64,000 nt of DNA from assembly GCA_963695855.1 (NCBI GenBank), contig CAVOHZ010000010.1:1120001-1184000 (forward strand), in the 5' to 3' direction. Position 1 is the stretch's first letter. Each line of letters opens with the position of its first letter. The stretch comes from an uncultured Nitrososphaerales archaeon (GTDB lineage: Archaea > Thermoproteota > Nitrososphaeria > Nitrososphaerales > Nitrososphaeraceae). This document shows, piece after piece, positions 52,062 through 63,391 of the stretch. The notes beneath the pieces were generated by a model, which saw only the letters and a program-made list of their open reading frames with translations, was not told where the DNA came from and did not search any database. The position numbers were made by a program, and so were the translations under genes.

Positions 52062-53240
52062 ATGCCATCGGATGAAATTGAAAATGTTCTAATACTTCAG
52101 GGTGGTGGTTCTCTAGGTGCTTTCGCATGCGGTGTTTTTAAAGCACTTGTAAAAAATAATATAAAAATAGACATAGTTGCTGGTACATCAATTGGTGGAG
52201 TAAACGCTTCAATCATTGCTGGATGTAAACAGAAATATAGTCCTGAAAAGGCATTAGAGCAATTCTGGTTAGAACTAGCAGAAGGTGATATAAACTCTCA
52301 TTCATATCCTTTTACTAAGTGGTTATCATATGGATTAACAAATCCATTAACTTCGGTAGCGGACCATTCAAGAAATATTCATGGTTCACAAATCAAGTCT
52401 ATTTCATCATTCTATAAATCAGCAGTTTTTGGAAATAATAAGGTCTTTATTCCACGTTGGAATGCAGAATATGCTTTCAGTGATCCAGAATATTTTAATC
52501 CTAATAAATGGACATATTTATATGATCATTCTCCACTAATAAAAACATTAGAAAAATATCTTGATTTTAACAAACTACAACCCAATGGTAATCCTGATAG
52601 TCGTTTAATAATAACTGCAGTTAATGTTTTGACAGCAGAACCATTAGCATTTGATAGTTCTAAGCAACAAATAACTCCAAAACATATACTTGCTGCAACT
52701 GCTTATCCTAATTACTATTTTCAATGGGTAGAAGTAGAAGAGGGTATGTTCGCATGGGATGGTAGTTTACTTAGTAATACCCCGCTAAGAGAAGTCATTG
52801 ATGCTTCTCCATCAAAAAATAAACGGATCTTTCTAGTTGAAAATTATCCAAAAAAAATTGATAATTTACCTGATAATTTGTTTGAGGTGCAACATAGGAC
52901 ACGTGACATTTTGTTTAGCGATAAAACAATGCACAATATAAAAATGTCCAAAGCTTTTACAGTCTATTTGAAGCTAATAAAAGATCTTTATAATATGCTT
53001 GAAAATAATTTTAATTCACAAAATAAAGAAGATATAAAGAAATTTGAAAGAATTCGTAAAAGATATAAAAGAATATCAGAAAACCATGGTGCAGAAATTA
53101 AGGAAACATATTATATAACACGAGAAGAAAAAGATTCTAATCTTTATGAAAATGCTGATTTCTCAGTAAATGTCATAAAGAATTCTATAAAAGATGGAGA
53201 ACGACGAACAAATCAAGTAATTAATAAAATGTCTGCATAA
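52062..53240 (+). CDS. Patatin-like phospholipase
   Basis: GGGSLG, GTSIG, WDG. Confidence 0.9.
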   Translation: MPSDEIENVLILQGGGSLGAFACGVFKALVKNNIKIDIVAGTSIGGVNASIIAGCKQKYSPEKALEQFWLELAEGDINSHSYPFTKWLSYGLTNPLTSVADHSRNIHGSQIKSISSFYKSAVFGNNKVFIPRWNAEYAFSDPEYFNPNKWTYLYDHSPLIKTLEKYLDFNKLQPNGNPDSRLIITAVNVLTAEPLAFDSSKQQITPKHILAATAYPNYYFQWVEVEEGMFAWDGSLLSNTPLREVIDASPSKNKRIFLVENYPKKIDNLPDNLFEVQHRTRDILFSDKTMHNIKMSKAFTVYLKLIKDLYNMLENNFNSQNKEDIKKFERIRKRYKRISENHGAEIKETYYITREEKDSNLYENADFSVNVIKNSIKDGERRTNQVINKMSA

Positions 53241-53448
53241 TAAAAACAAAAATATGTTGGTGTTGTCAAGTGATTTATATTTTATGAATGATATATTATT
53301 ATAGACATAGTTGAATGAATTATATTTTATTAAGTGCAATTTTGTCTAAATCTATATATTATATGTAATCGATAATCTTATATATTTTATATTCATTTTA
53401 TATTCAATTGAAATCAAAGATAATTTTATTAACAGGTAAAATTAGAAT

Positions 53449-54504
53449 ATGAAATCTGCAAAAATTATTGAAATAAATCAACCTCTTCAAATACAAGAAA
53501 GCAAAACTCCAAAACCTAAAGGTTCTCAGGTGTTGGTAAAAATTCAATCATCTGGAGTTTGCCATAGCGATATTCACTTATGGGAGGGTGGTTATGAAGG
53601 ACCTCAAGGTCAATTTTTGAAAACTACTGATAGAGGAGTAAAATATCCTTTAACGCCAGGACATGAAATTGCAGGAATAGTAGACAGTCTAGGCGAACAG
53701 ACGGAAGGTTTTACAAAGAATGAAAAAGTTCTTGTGTATCCATGGATAGGAGATGGACTATGTCCTGCATGCAGAATAGGAGAAGAAAATCTTTGTGATA
53801 AACCAAGATCCTTAGGAATTTATAATGATGGAGGATATGCTGATTATGTTTTAGTGCCTAATTATAAATACTTAATTAAACTTGGAGATGAAATTGATAC
53901 TGATACAAGTGCTCCTTTATCATGTTCTGCACTTACAGCATATGGTGCGGTAAAGAATGCCAATCTGACACCTAATGATAATGTAGTCATTGTTGGGACA
54001 GGAGGATTGGGATTGATGGCCATACAATTAGCAAAGGAAATAACAGGTTCAAGAATAATTGCTTTGGATAGAAATGATGAAAAGCTTAAAGCAGCAAAGG
54101 ATAATGGTGCAGATGATATTATAAATTCAACAAAGGAAGATGCTGTAAAAGCAGTCATGGAATTAACTGAGAGAATGGGAGCTGATGCAGTGATTGATTT
54201 TGTTAATGCATCATCAACAGTAGAACTTGATATGAAATTTCTTAGAAAGAGAGCAAAGTTGGTACTTGTTGGACTTTTTGGTGGTGAATTAAAATTGAAT
54301 TTACTTACAATGCCTACTAGAGCATATAAATTAATTGGATCTTATACTGGAAGTATGAATGACTTGATAGAACTTGTTTCATTAGCAAAGAGAGGTATAA
54401 TAAAACCAGTTATTTCTAATAGATTCAGACTTGATGAGGCTACAGAAGCATTGGGGATGTTAAAGGATGGTAAAATTCTTGGTAGAGGCGTAATAAATCC
54501 TTGA
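53449..54504 (+). CDS. Zinc-dependent alcohol dehydrogenase
   Basis: CHSD, GHE, GTGGLG. Confidence 0.93.
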   Translation: MKSAKIIEINQPLQIQESKTPKPKGSQVLVKIQSSGVCHSDIHLWEGGYEGPQGQFLKTTDRGVKYPLTPGHEIAGIVDSLGEQTEGFTKNEKVLVYPWIGDGLCPACRIGEENLCDKPRSLGIYNDGGYADYVLVPNYKYLIKLGDEIDTDTSAPLSCSALTAYGAVKNANLTPNDNVVIVGTGGLGLMAIQLAKEITGSRIIALDRNDEKLKAAKDNGADDIINSTKEDAVKAVMELTERMGADAVIDFVNASSTVELDMKFLRKRAKLVLVGLFGGELKLNLLTMPTRAYKLIGSYTGSMNDLIELVSLAKRGIIKPVISNRFRLDEATEALGMLKDGKILGRGVINP

Positions 54505-55913
54505 CAGACTCTACTGCTAAAGAATTAACAACTATAAATCCTGCAACTGAAGAAATTCTCAATAAATATACTATAATGACAAAAGAAGAGGTTAATGCCG
54601 TTGGAAAGAAAGCTCAAGATGCCTACAAAGAATGGGAGAAAGATGTAGACAAGCGAATTGATTCTTTATATGATGTTGCTAAAGAATTAAGAAAGAATAA
54701 AGAAAATCTTGCTAGAACAGCTACAAATGAAATGGGTAAAGCAATAAAGGAATCAAGAGCAGAGATTGATAAATGTGCATGGGCCATTGAATATTTTGCA
54801 GATAACGGAAAGAACTTTATTCATGATGAATCTTTTAATACAGACGCAAGAAAGAGTATTATAAAATTTGAAGCATTAGGTGTTATAGGAAGTATAATGC
54901 CATGGAATTTTCCTTATTGGCAGGCATTAAGATTTGCAGCACCTTCGTTAGCAGTCGGAAATACAATTGTATTAAAACCAGCTAGTGCTACAATGCAATG
55001 TGGAATAGAAATTGAAAATATTTTTCAGCAGGCGGGGTTACCTGAAGGAATATTCAAGACAGTAACAGGAGATTCTAGTGTTGCAGAAATACTTGTAGAT
55101 TCACCATATGTAAATGCTGTTACATTTACTGGAAGTGTTCCTGTAGGCGCCAAAGTTGCACAAAGAGCGACATCTCAGCTAAAAAAAACAGTTCTCGAAT
55201 TAGGTGGAAGTGATCCTTTCATAGTATGTAAAGATGCAGATATTGAAAAAGCATCAACAGGAGCAGTAAAAGGTCGCTTTATAAATTGTGGTCAAAGTTG
55301 TATTGCATCAAAAAGATTTATTGTAGTAAACGATATTGCAAACGAGTTTATTGAAAAGTTTATTCAAAAAACAGAGAAACTTAAAGTTGGTAATCCTCTC
55401 TCTGATGATACTGATATAGGACCACTTGTAAATGCAAAAGCATTACAGACCATAGATTCACAAGTTAAAGATTCTGTTAAAGAAGGTGCAGAAGTACTTA
55501 TAGGCGGAGAACAAATATTAGAACATAAGGGTTATTTCTATAGACCTACTATTCTTGGCAATATTAGTTCAACTATGCGTGTAGTAAACGAGGAAGTATT
55601 TGGTCCAATTGCTCCTATTCTTATTGCAGATAACGAAAAAGAAGCTATAAAGCTTGCAAATGATTCAGAATTTGGTCTTGGTGCTAGTATTTGGACAGAG
55701 GACCTTGAAAATGCAGAATTATTATCGAGCATCATAAAATCAGGTATAGTAGCCGTAAATAATGTGGTAGTTTCAGATCCTAGGGTTCCATTTGGTGGTA
55801 TTAAACATAGTGGATTTGGTAGAGAACTATCCAGATATGGAATGCTAGAATTTGTAAATATTAAATCAATTAGACTTTATGACCAATTGATACATGAACA
55901 CTATGTAGAATAG
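54501..55913 (+). CDS. NAD(P)-dependent aldehyde (succinate-semialdehyde-type) dehydrogenase
   Basis: PWNFP, FTGS, LELGGSD, GQSC, EEVFGP, PFGG. Confidence 0.93.
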   Translation: MTDSTAKELTTINPATEEILNKYTIMTKEEVNAVGKKAQDAYKEWEKDVDKRIDSLYDVAKELRKNKENLARTATNEMGKAIKESRAEIDKCAWAIEYFADNGKNFIHDESFNTDARKSIIKFEALGVIGSIMPWNFPYWQALRFAAPSLAVGNTIVLKPASATMQCGIEIENIFQQAGLPEGIFKTVTGDSSVAEILVDSPYVNAVTFTGSVPVGAKVAQRATSQLKKTVLELGGSDPFIVCKDADIEKASTGAVKGRFINCGQSCIASKRFIVVNDIANEFIEKFIQKTEKLKVGNPLSDDTDIGPLVNAKALQTIDSQVKDSVKEGAEVLIGGEQILEHKGYFYRPTILGNISSTMRVVNEEVFGPIAPILIADNEKEAIKLANDSEFGLGASIWTEDLENAELLSSIIKSGIVAVNNVVVSDPRVPFGGIKHSGFGRELSRYGMLEFVNIKSIRLYDQLIHEHYVE

Positions 55914-56120
55914 AATGAAAATTTCCGTAAAGGTATTATTTGTTGATATCTTGGAGGGATTCTACTATTCTCCCAAATTGTTTTGTATCTATTATTAAGG
56001 TAATAAAAGCAGATTCTTTTTATTTATACAAGTACAAGTTAAATTTTGAAAATTTAAAATTTCCACAATGATAATAAAGAATTCGAGTATGTGGTCAGAT
56101 GTATAATTGCATTTACTAAA

Positions 56121-56552
56121 CTAAAGTTTGTAAGATCTTTTTTGTTTAATATTATGCGATACTTTCTTAGTATCGCTCCTTCGCTTTTTTGTCCAATCTA
56201 TTCTTTTGTTATTTAACATTTCAAAGTTCTCATAAATATGAGGTCTCTTTTTTCTCATTCCTTGTACTACAGATTTTGCCTTGTTCCAAAAGGGAGTAGG
56301 ATTGAACATATCAAAATAAAGATCAGCATCTATCATTCTGTGACTTACAATAACACCTGACAGCTCAAAAAATCCACAAACAGCAATAAAATATGATCTT
56401 TGAATTGAAGACCCACCATACTTTTGTATGTATTCTTCATAACTATCAGCATACAGTTCTTCTAAAAACCAGAGTATTGCATCTCTATGACCATCATAAA
56501 TTTTATATAATTTTATTAGTGTATCAGTATTTACCATATCTTTTAAAACCAT
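56121..56552 (-). CDS. Hypothetical protein (DUF4760-like)
   Basis: GFFELSGVIV...YENFEML pattern. Confidence 0.55.
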   Translation of the reverse strand: MVLKDMVNTDTLIKLYKIYDGHRDAILWFLEELYADSYEEYIQKYGGSSIQRSYFIAVCGFFELSGVIVSHRMIDADLYFDMFNPTPFWNKAKSVVQGMRKKRPHIYENFEMLNNKRIDWTKKRRSDTKKVSHNIKQKRSYKL

Positions 56553-56890
56553 AATATATAGTTGTATAAGAAGTAGATAAAGGATTCATTAAATAGCAGT
56601 CGGATATATTGATATTACTGAAATTCTGATTCCTGTAGAAAAAAGTTCAATCTGTTGTATGATATATGGTATCAGAGGCAGAGTCAAATGTTTTTGACAC
56701 AATTCTGTAATACAAAATATTATTGTCAAAAAAATCAAGTTATTATTAATATCTGTCTATTACCGGAATTAAAATATCAGATTCAAATTAAAAAATCCTC
56801 TTGTTTTCATTTTATGTTTCTTGTTATATCGGTTAGACTAACGTCAAATAATCCATATCATTATATCTAGTCATAAATATTAACTAACAA

Positions 56891-58747
56891 TTGAGCACTA
56901 TCGATTATGAAAAAATCATTCAAGTTGTACGGTCGTCAACAAACAATCTTCTAAGCTCATTTCAAGAGAAAAATACTTTACTGAGACAATATCCAACGGA
57001 TATTAAATCCTACATCCGTGAGGGATATGATAAACAGAAAGCGTATGACTGTGCTGTAAATCTTTTTGGCAAGAATACGACTACGTTTATTGCTATAGAT
57101 GGCATAGAATCACAAGATCAATATTTGGATATGCTTGTCTTTTATGCTGGAGCCTTTGGCTATACTGGAGAGCTAGAATTCTCTAAAGATACGGGCTGTA
57201 AATATAAGGAGATAGAAGAATTGAAAGGAATTAACAATGTTTCCGCTGCCATTTCTATACATGAGCAGGATATCTCAAACATCGCAGGTCAGATAAAGGA
57301 AGGAGGAGTAGAGATCGATTCAGAAAGAATTCCAACTTCTCTGATGCAATTAGCAGAATACTATTTTGCTGTAAAGTCCGTTATCACAAATCCATGTATT
57401 CAGGTCGTCATCCTTGATAGAACTCTCGCCGGTGATGTTGCTCATCTTGTATGGAGTGTAGAAGAGCTATTACAATCTGACAGATGTATCTTAAAAGGGA
57501 TGGATACCGAATATGGTATAGTCACATCTTTGGATTTGGAACTAGCAAGGATTCTTCATCCAAATGAGCAACTGGAAATCCCTGTTGCCAGAAGTCATTT
57601 AATAAAATATGCTGCAATCAACAGACTCCTAAAACTAAAAGATAATCACAGTGTGAAAAACAATAATGTAACTTATGAAGCTTTACTATCTATGATCGGT
57701 GGATCTAACAAACGGCTAGATAAACTAAAATCCGATCTTTTGAAAATTGATGAAAAATATCACATTTTTCATGATGGGTCTAAAAATTTACTAAATAATA
57801 TGTTAGACACATTATATTGGGAACGTATATTGTCTGCATCTACTAAAATCTGCGAACATATCTTCAATACTCCTGATGGAAAACATCCACTTATTGTGGA
57901 AATACTAGGAAATAAGCACTGGATAACGGTAGCAGACATAGAGTATTTGATCTTAATGATGATTTACGCTCTATTGAGATTAGCATGGGAAAAAAATGTT
58001 CTTGTAATCGGTCTCATAAAAGATATAGGTGCATCGGAGATGACCAATACGGTCATCCCCTTGTTAAAAGAAGCAAGCAAAATAAATGAGAACAGATTGC
58101 CTCCATATGGTAGTGATAAGACCCTCCTTCAGACTGCAAGTGTTATCAACTCTTCTGACATGCGTACTCCTTGGAACACATTTGAATTTGATTCTTGTTT
58201 CAGGACTATAGTTCCTTTGCAAAGGAAAAAAAATAAAGGTCCTGATCTACAACTATCCATTCAAGTCAAAGGGGCATTCAAGAACGTTATATCATCGGAA
58301 AGAATGTTCTTGAAATCATATATCCAGCTATGGCAGAGCGATACTGACCCAGCAGTGAGAAGTCATGTATTCTCATATGACAGACCATGCTATCCACAAT
58401 ACGACATGACGGTAGATGATAAACTTGAATTATACCATGAAGACGGACAAGTGATTGAGAAAATTCAGCCTATGCTCCATTTCGACATTCAGAGCAGCAT
58501 CTCGCATCTTGTCATGGATATCCTGTCATCGATGTCACATGAAGTTATACCTGAATGCCTTGGTCATAATTATCCGCTTTTTTTAGCTGATAAGAAGGCT
58601 AAGGCATTACTTCAAGAAGGAAGACAGGCATATATCGCTGCAGTATCATTAGAATTGGCCAAAAGTCAACTTGACCAGCAAATATTATTTGAGAGTAGTT
58701 ATAGAGAATATCGATCGCAAGTTGAAGGTAAGAGGAGAAGGAGTTGA
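56891..58747 (+). CDS. Long NurA-like nuclease
   Basis: IAIDG, ILDRTL, GLIKD, GHNYPLFLADKKAK; coupled to a HerA-type ATPase. Confidence 0.75.
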   Translation: MSTIDYEKIIQVVRSSTNNLLSSFQEKNTLLRQYPTDIKSYIREGYDKQKAYDCAVNLFGKNTTTFIAIDGIESQDQYLDMLVFYAGAFGYTGELEFSKDTGCKYKEIEELKGINNVSAAISIHEQDISNIAGQIKEGGVEIDSERIPTSLMQLAEYYFAVKSVITNPCIQVVILDRTLAGDVAHLVWSVEELLQSDRCILKGMDTEYGIVTSLDLELARILHPNEQLEIPVARSHLIKYAAINRLLKLKDNHSVKNNNVTYEALLSMIGGSNKRLDKLKSDLLKIDEKYHIFHDGSKNLLNNMLDTLYWERILSASTKICEHIFNTPDGKHPLIVEILGNKHWITVADIEYLILMMIYALLRLAWEKNVLVIGLIKDIGASEMTNTVIPLLKEASKINENRLPPYGSDKTLLQTASVINSSDMRTPWNTFEFDSCFRTIVPLQRKKNKGPDLQLSIQVKGAFKNVISSERMFLKSYIQLWQSDTDPAVRSHVFSYDRPCYPQYDMTVDDKLELYHEDGQVIEKIQPMLHFDIQSSISHLVMDILSSMSHEVIPECLGHNYPLFLADKKAKALLQEGRQAYIAAVSLELAKSQLDQQILFESSYREYRSQVEGKRRRS

Positions 58748-60627
58748 ATGTCTTGGTAGTAGGAAAAAATGAAACAGACACCATATTAGAATCTGAAATA
58801 GTAAAAGATAAAATGTTTGATTCAATTGAGGACAAGTTTTTTGCACGTCTAAGAGAAATTGCATCCACAACGAGAAATACAGCTGACGGTAAGGCTACTA
58901 TAACATTTCGTACTGCAAGAATCGAGGGAGTATATACACCAGATATAATAAAAAAGATTGAACCGGGGAGACTCGTTGCAATACCAAATACAATGTCAGT
59001 GGGTACAAATAATGCTTTTTCCGTGTATGAAATAGCAGATATCTACCCAATGCATTACAGTATGCTTACATTAGATCGAAATCAACCTGGGGCAATACGA
59101 AAGGAGTTCATGAACCTAATCGAAAAGGAATGGCATACAGACTCCAAGAGTACTTGGATAGAGATCATTGCAGCGCCAACCGGATATTCCATAATTTTAG
59201 ATACCGAACAGGAGCCAAAATTTATTAGAAAAAATACAGTTCCACTTATTGGTTCACAGGTACATTTACTGAATAAAAATACCATACAGAAATTTATCTG
59301 CTACACCCCAACAAATAACGAGAATTTAGATTTATATAATGTTGGAAAACTTTTGGGTTTTGCCGATACGGCTATACCCTTTACCATAAACCTGTACAAA
59401 TTACTCCACTATCATGTCGGTGTTTTTGCTTTTACTGGTTCGGGGAAGAGCAATTTAACGTCACTTATTATGAGGAAGACAATAAATTGTGTTCCATTTG
59501 TTAAGTTTGTGGTATTCGATGTATCATCGGAATATGGAATAAACATTCTAGATCTCCTGAAGGATTTTCCATCAAGGGTATTGTTTTCTGAGGATCTTCG
59601 TGGAAAGAATTCAAAGGATATGGCAGCAGATTATCTACGGAGACATGTTATTCCAGAAAGACTGGATCAAAAGAAAGATAATCTTCTTTATATGATCAAA
59701 GAAATAATAGACCAAGATAAAGTAACTAAAATATCTATAGAATCAGATGCTGAAAGAGATATGCAGGGCTTGGGAACGTATTCGGGCCTATTAAGGACGC
59801 TTGGTGACATTTCAGCAGAAAAATATGGAGCTGCAGGACAGAAAATTCTTATTCCTACAATAGCAGGTATGATAAGAAAATTTATGAACGATAACAAGAT
59901 CAGAGATGAAGACAGTTCCATCAGCAATGAAATTATTCCTTTGTTAGCTGAGATCAACAAACTACTTGTAAATGCAAAATTTCGACAGGATGCAACAATA
60001 TTATCCCTTTTTAATAATCTTAAAATTGCAATAGATAATCCTGTTACAAATAATCCTGCTGGATATTATTCAACAGATCTTGTTAAAGAGATAATGGATG
60101 AAAAAGAATCCTCGCCAAGGCTCTTTGTTATAAATCTCCCAGAAGCAGATACAGCAAGAACATTTTGTTCAGAGATTATTAAGAGGGTATTTAGGTACAG
60201 GAAAAATAGCTTCACTCTGAATCCAAAGATAATATTTGTCTTTGACGAGGCACAAGAATTCATTCCTTACGATAAAAGGAGAGAAGACGGAACAGAAACT
60301 TCTAGCAGGGCCGTCGAGAAATTGTTAAGACATGGTCGTAAATATAACCTACATGGTTGGATATCTACCCAGCGAATCGCTCATTTAAATACAAATGCAC
60401 TACAACAACTTCATAGCTATTTTGTAAGTACAATGCCAAGGCCGTATGATAGGCAGTTGATTTCTGATACGTTTGCCATCGATGATGCGTTTATGGACCG
60501 CACCTTAACATTTGAAAATGGAGATTGGCTTATGACAAGTTTCAAGGCAACAAATACCCAAAATGTACCTGTTTTCTTCCACGCAAAAGATAATGAAGAT
60601 TTCCTATCAGAAAGGATAATGAAATAA
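58744..60627 (+). CDS. HerA/DUF87-family ATPase
   Basis: HVGVFAFTGSGKSN, FDVSSEY, VFDEAQ, GRKY, STQR. Confidence 0.88.
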   Translation: MNVLVVGKNETDTILESEIVKDKMFDSIEDKFFARLREIASTTRNTADGKATITFRTARIEGVYTPDIIKKIEPGRLVAIPNTMSVGTNNAFSVYEIADIYPMHYSMLTLDRNQPGAIRKEFMNLIEKEWHTDSKSTWIEIIAAPTGYSIILDTEQEPKFIRKNTVPLIGSQVHLLNKNTIQKFICYTPTNNENLDLYNVGKLLGFADTAIPFTINLYKLLHYHVGVFAFTGSGKSNLTSLIMRKTINCVPFVKFVVFDVSSEYGINILDLLKDFPSRVLFSEDLRGKNSKDMAADYLRRHVIPERLDQKKDNLLYMIKEIIDQDKVTKISIESDAERDMQGLGTYSGLLRTLGDISAEKYGAAGQKILIPTIAGMIRKFMNDNKIRDEDSSISNEIIPLLAEINKLLVNAKFRQDATILSLFNNLKIAIDNPVTNNPAGYYSTDLVKEIMDEKESSPRLFVINLPEADTARTFCSEIIKRVFRYRKNSFTLNPKIIFVFDEAQEFIPYDKRREDGTETSSRAVEKLLRHGRKYNLHGWISTQRIAHLNTNALQQLHSYFVSTMPRPYDRQLISDTFAIDDAFMDRTLTFENGDWLMTSFKATNTQNVPVFFHAKDNEDFLSERIMK

Positions 60628-60754
60628 GATAAGATCCAAAATATTGGAGACAATCTGGACTTTATTATTACTTATCCAAACGATTAATCCTTTTAAATAC
60701 TAATCCCTGACATTCAACAATTTAAAGCCTAAGATAACTAAGCAAAATTTTAAT

Positions 60755-60990
60755 TCATATATATTCAGCATATATTGATCTATAAATGACATAATAGAGA
60801 AAAAGGTCATATATGATAACACATTCTCCAAAGATTCTCTTGATACAAAAGAAGACAGATTCTAAAATTCGTCTCTGTCCATTTCTAACGTTATCCTTAA
60901 ATTCTTGCAAATTTTTTTTCTGCATCTTTACCTTCTTGTTTCCTAGGTGGTGATTGATCTTCATATGAAATTCTTTCTTACTTTTATTGC
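60755..60990 (-). pseudogene. IS5-like transposase C-terminal relic
   Basis: GQRRILESVFFCIKRIFGE resembles the DDE glutamate region. Confidence 0.55.
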
Positions 60991-61188
60991 TGGCTAGAAA
61001 CTAAACTCATATGACTTGGAATATGGGTAATATGACCATATTACTAGAAATTTTAGAATTCAATATTGTACCGTAAATTACAGACGTACTAAAAATGACT
61101 TTCTTTAAAAACGCTTCGATTTTAACAATAAGTAGGATTTCGAGTAATTGACAAACTTTCAGTTATATTCCTATCAAGAATATTCTTT

Positions 61189-61470
61189 ATGGATTTGCTA
61201 AATTTTGCTGTTTATCTAGAAAACGACAACTTTTCAGGTCATTTACTGGACTGCAACTATCTGAATTTGATTCAATTTACGGGGAAATAGAATAGATATC
61301 AAAAATACGAGATAAAACGTATCTCTAAAAGAAAGCGCACAAGACGAGTAGGAACAGGAGATAAACGCTTTTTTAAACATACAGTAAAAGACAGATTTCT
61401 CATGCTTTTAGTATACTTCATATTGTACATAACACATACACTTTCTGGATTTCTGTTTGACCTGTACCAC
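61189..61470 (+). pseudogene. IS5/ISL2-like transposase N-terminal relic
   Basis: LFRSFTGLQLSEFDSI...DRFLMLLVYFILYITHTLSGFLFDL with frameshifts. Confidence 0.65.
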
Positions 61471-61827
61471 AACAGATTGTTAGCATCTGATTCTACTACG
61501 ACAATCAGATTTAAGACGCATCTTACATAAGGCATGGATTGGATTGGTTATGTTATAGTTTGTATCAAGTGGTAGTTTGATAAGAAAATCTATTATGTAA
61601 GAGCGATTAGAAAACTAGAGAAAGAGTTAAGGATAATGGTCTGACATTTTGAATGTCTTGATGGTTTAGAACATTAAAATATACTTCAGTATTGATTCTT
61701 ATACAATTTCTTATACAATCGTTCAATTAACAGATTCTATATTTGCTCTTAGATAAAGACAATTATGTGGATAGATTACATAAGTACGACAGGAAATAAA
61801 TTATAGATATAATTTTTTATTCAATAC

Positions 61828-62913
61828 TTGAATAGCATGGACTCTTGGCTTTTATTTAGAGGAAATGAAGAGCGAAGTGGTGTTTTTGCAGGCAAATTAC
61901 CACGAGAATTATCGCTATTTTGGGTCATTGAATTAGAACCTATGGTATCTTCGCCTATTTTTCATAATAATGTTGTCTATAACTCTACTATAACTGGTAA
62001 AATTTTCGCTGTTAATGTTTACAGGAAAAAGATCATTTGGCAAAAAAATATAGAAAAACCATTTGTATCATCATTATTACTCCACGACAATTTATTGATA
62101 TCATGTACTTTTGATTCATGGATTATTAAACAAGATTCCAAATCTCTTGCAAAGAATTTGATTTATGCTTTAGATATCACTAAAGAAGGGAAAGAGGAAT
62201 GGAAAGTACAAATACCCGGAGATATTTTTTCATCTCCTTGTATCTGTGATGGGAAGATAATAGTAGTCGGGTCCCTTGATTCCAAACTTTATGCAGTCGA
62301 CTTGAAAGGAAATATTATGTGGACATTTAATACAGGTGGTTCTATTTGGTCTTCACCCACTACAAATAATCAAGAAATATTTATTGGTTCTGATGATTTT
62401 TTTCTCTATAGTGTTGATCTAAATGGTAACTTAAATTGGAAAACTATGTTAGAAGGCAAAATTAGAGCTACACCCAGTTTGATCCAATCAACTAATTCTT
62501 TGTTTATAGGTACACATAACGGTATAATGTATTGTCTAGATAGATCGGATGGTTCTATTAAATGGAGATATAAAATCGGTAAGCCTATTCTTTCTTCAGT
62601 TGCGACATCAAAGGATCACATTTTCTTTGGATGTTCTGATAAATGTATATATTCATTAAACTCTACTGATGGTTCTATCAAATGGAAATATGAAACTGGA
62701 GACAAAATTTGGTCTTCACCAGGGATAATACGGAATGGTGGAATACTATTTGTAGGCTCTTTAGATTCTCATATATATGGTTTAGATATTGAAACCGGCA
62801 TGGTAAACTGGAAATTTCCTACAATGGATTCAATAGAATCATCTCCATGTATTGCCAAAAATATGATGTTTATTAGCTCAAAAGATGGTCTATTGTATTG
62901 TTTTAGTAGTTAA
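61828..62913 (+). CDS. PQQ-like beta-propeller repeat protein
   Basis: Repeated W...SSP...GS.D..LYA units. Confidence 0.88.
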   Translation: MNSMDSWLLFRGNEERSGVFAGKLPRELSLFWVIELEPMVSSPIFHNNVVYNSTITGKIFAVNVYRKKIIWQKNIEKPFVSSLLLHDNLLISCTFDSWIIKQDSKSLAKNLIYALDITKEGKEEWKVQIPGDIFSSPCICDGKIIVVGSLDSKLYAVDLKGNIMWTFNTGGSIWSSPTTNNQEIFIGSDDFFLYSVDLNGNLNWKTMLEGKIRATPSLIQSTNSLFIGTHNGIMYCLDRSDGSIKWRYKIGKPILSSVATSKDHIFFGCSDKCIYSLNSTDGSIKWKYETGDKIWSSPGIIRNGGILFVGSLDSHIYGLDIETGMVNWKFPTMDSIESSPCIAKNMMFISSKDGLLYCFSS

Positions 62914-63391
62914 GAAGGACAGGTCTATTTACCTCATTTAATTTCGCTCCGAGATAAATGGAACTTTCTCGATCTTAGAACACTTTTTATAATGATGTCA
63001 TAAGAGTCTGCAGATGTATTCAATCCCCTTATCTTTCATTACATTTGGAATTCGACTTTACTTTTTCAATTTCGTCCCAGATTCCCTCAGGCAAAGTAAT
63101 CGTCAGAGTTTTTCTGTATTATATTTTATTTTCCTTTATAATCATGCCATCATTATTTTTCATTACTACCTAAATATATTTATAATTTGTATTAAACTTC
63201 ATTCATTAGAATTATGATCATTCATTTTGACGATATAGAGATCTTACTAATTGTTGTGCTTACCGACAGAATCAAAGCAATAATAATCCTTCTTCATTTA
63301 GACACCTAAATCGGTTTTTAAAATATATCAGAAAAAAAATCATAATATTAAAGATAAAGATATTTTTGCCCTTCTTATATCTATTGGATAT

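Noticed and set aside
30019-60627. Sir2-HerA defence system
   Set aside because: SIR2 and HerA are about 27 kb apart and HerA is translationally coupled to the NurA-like gene
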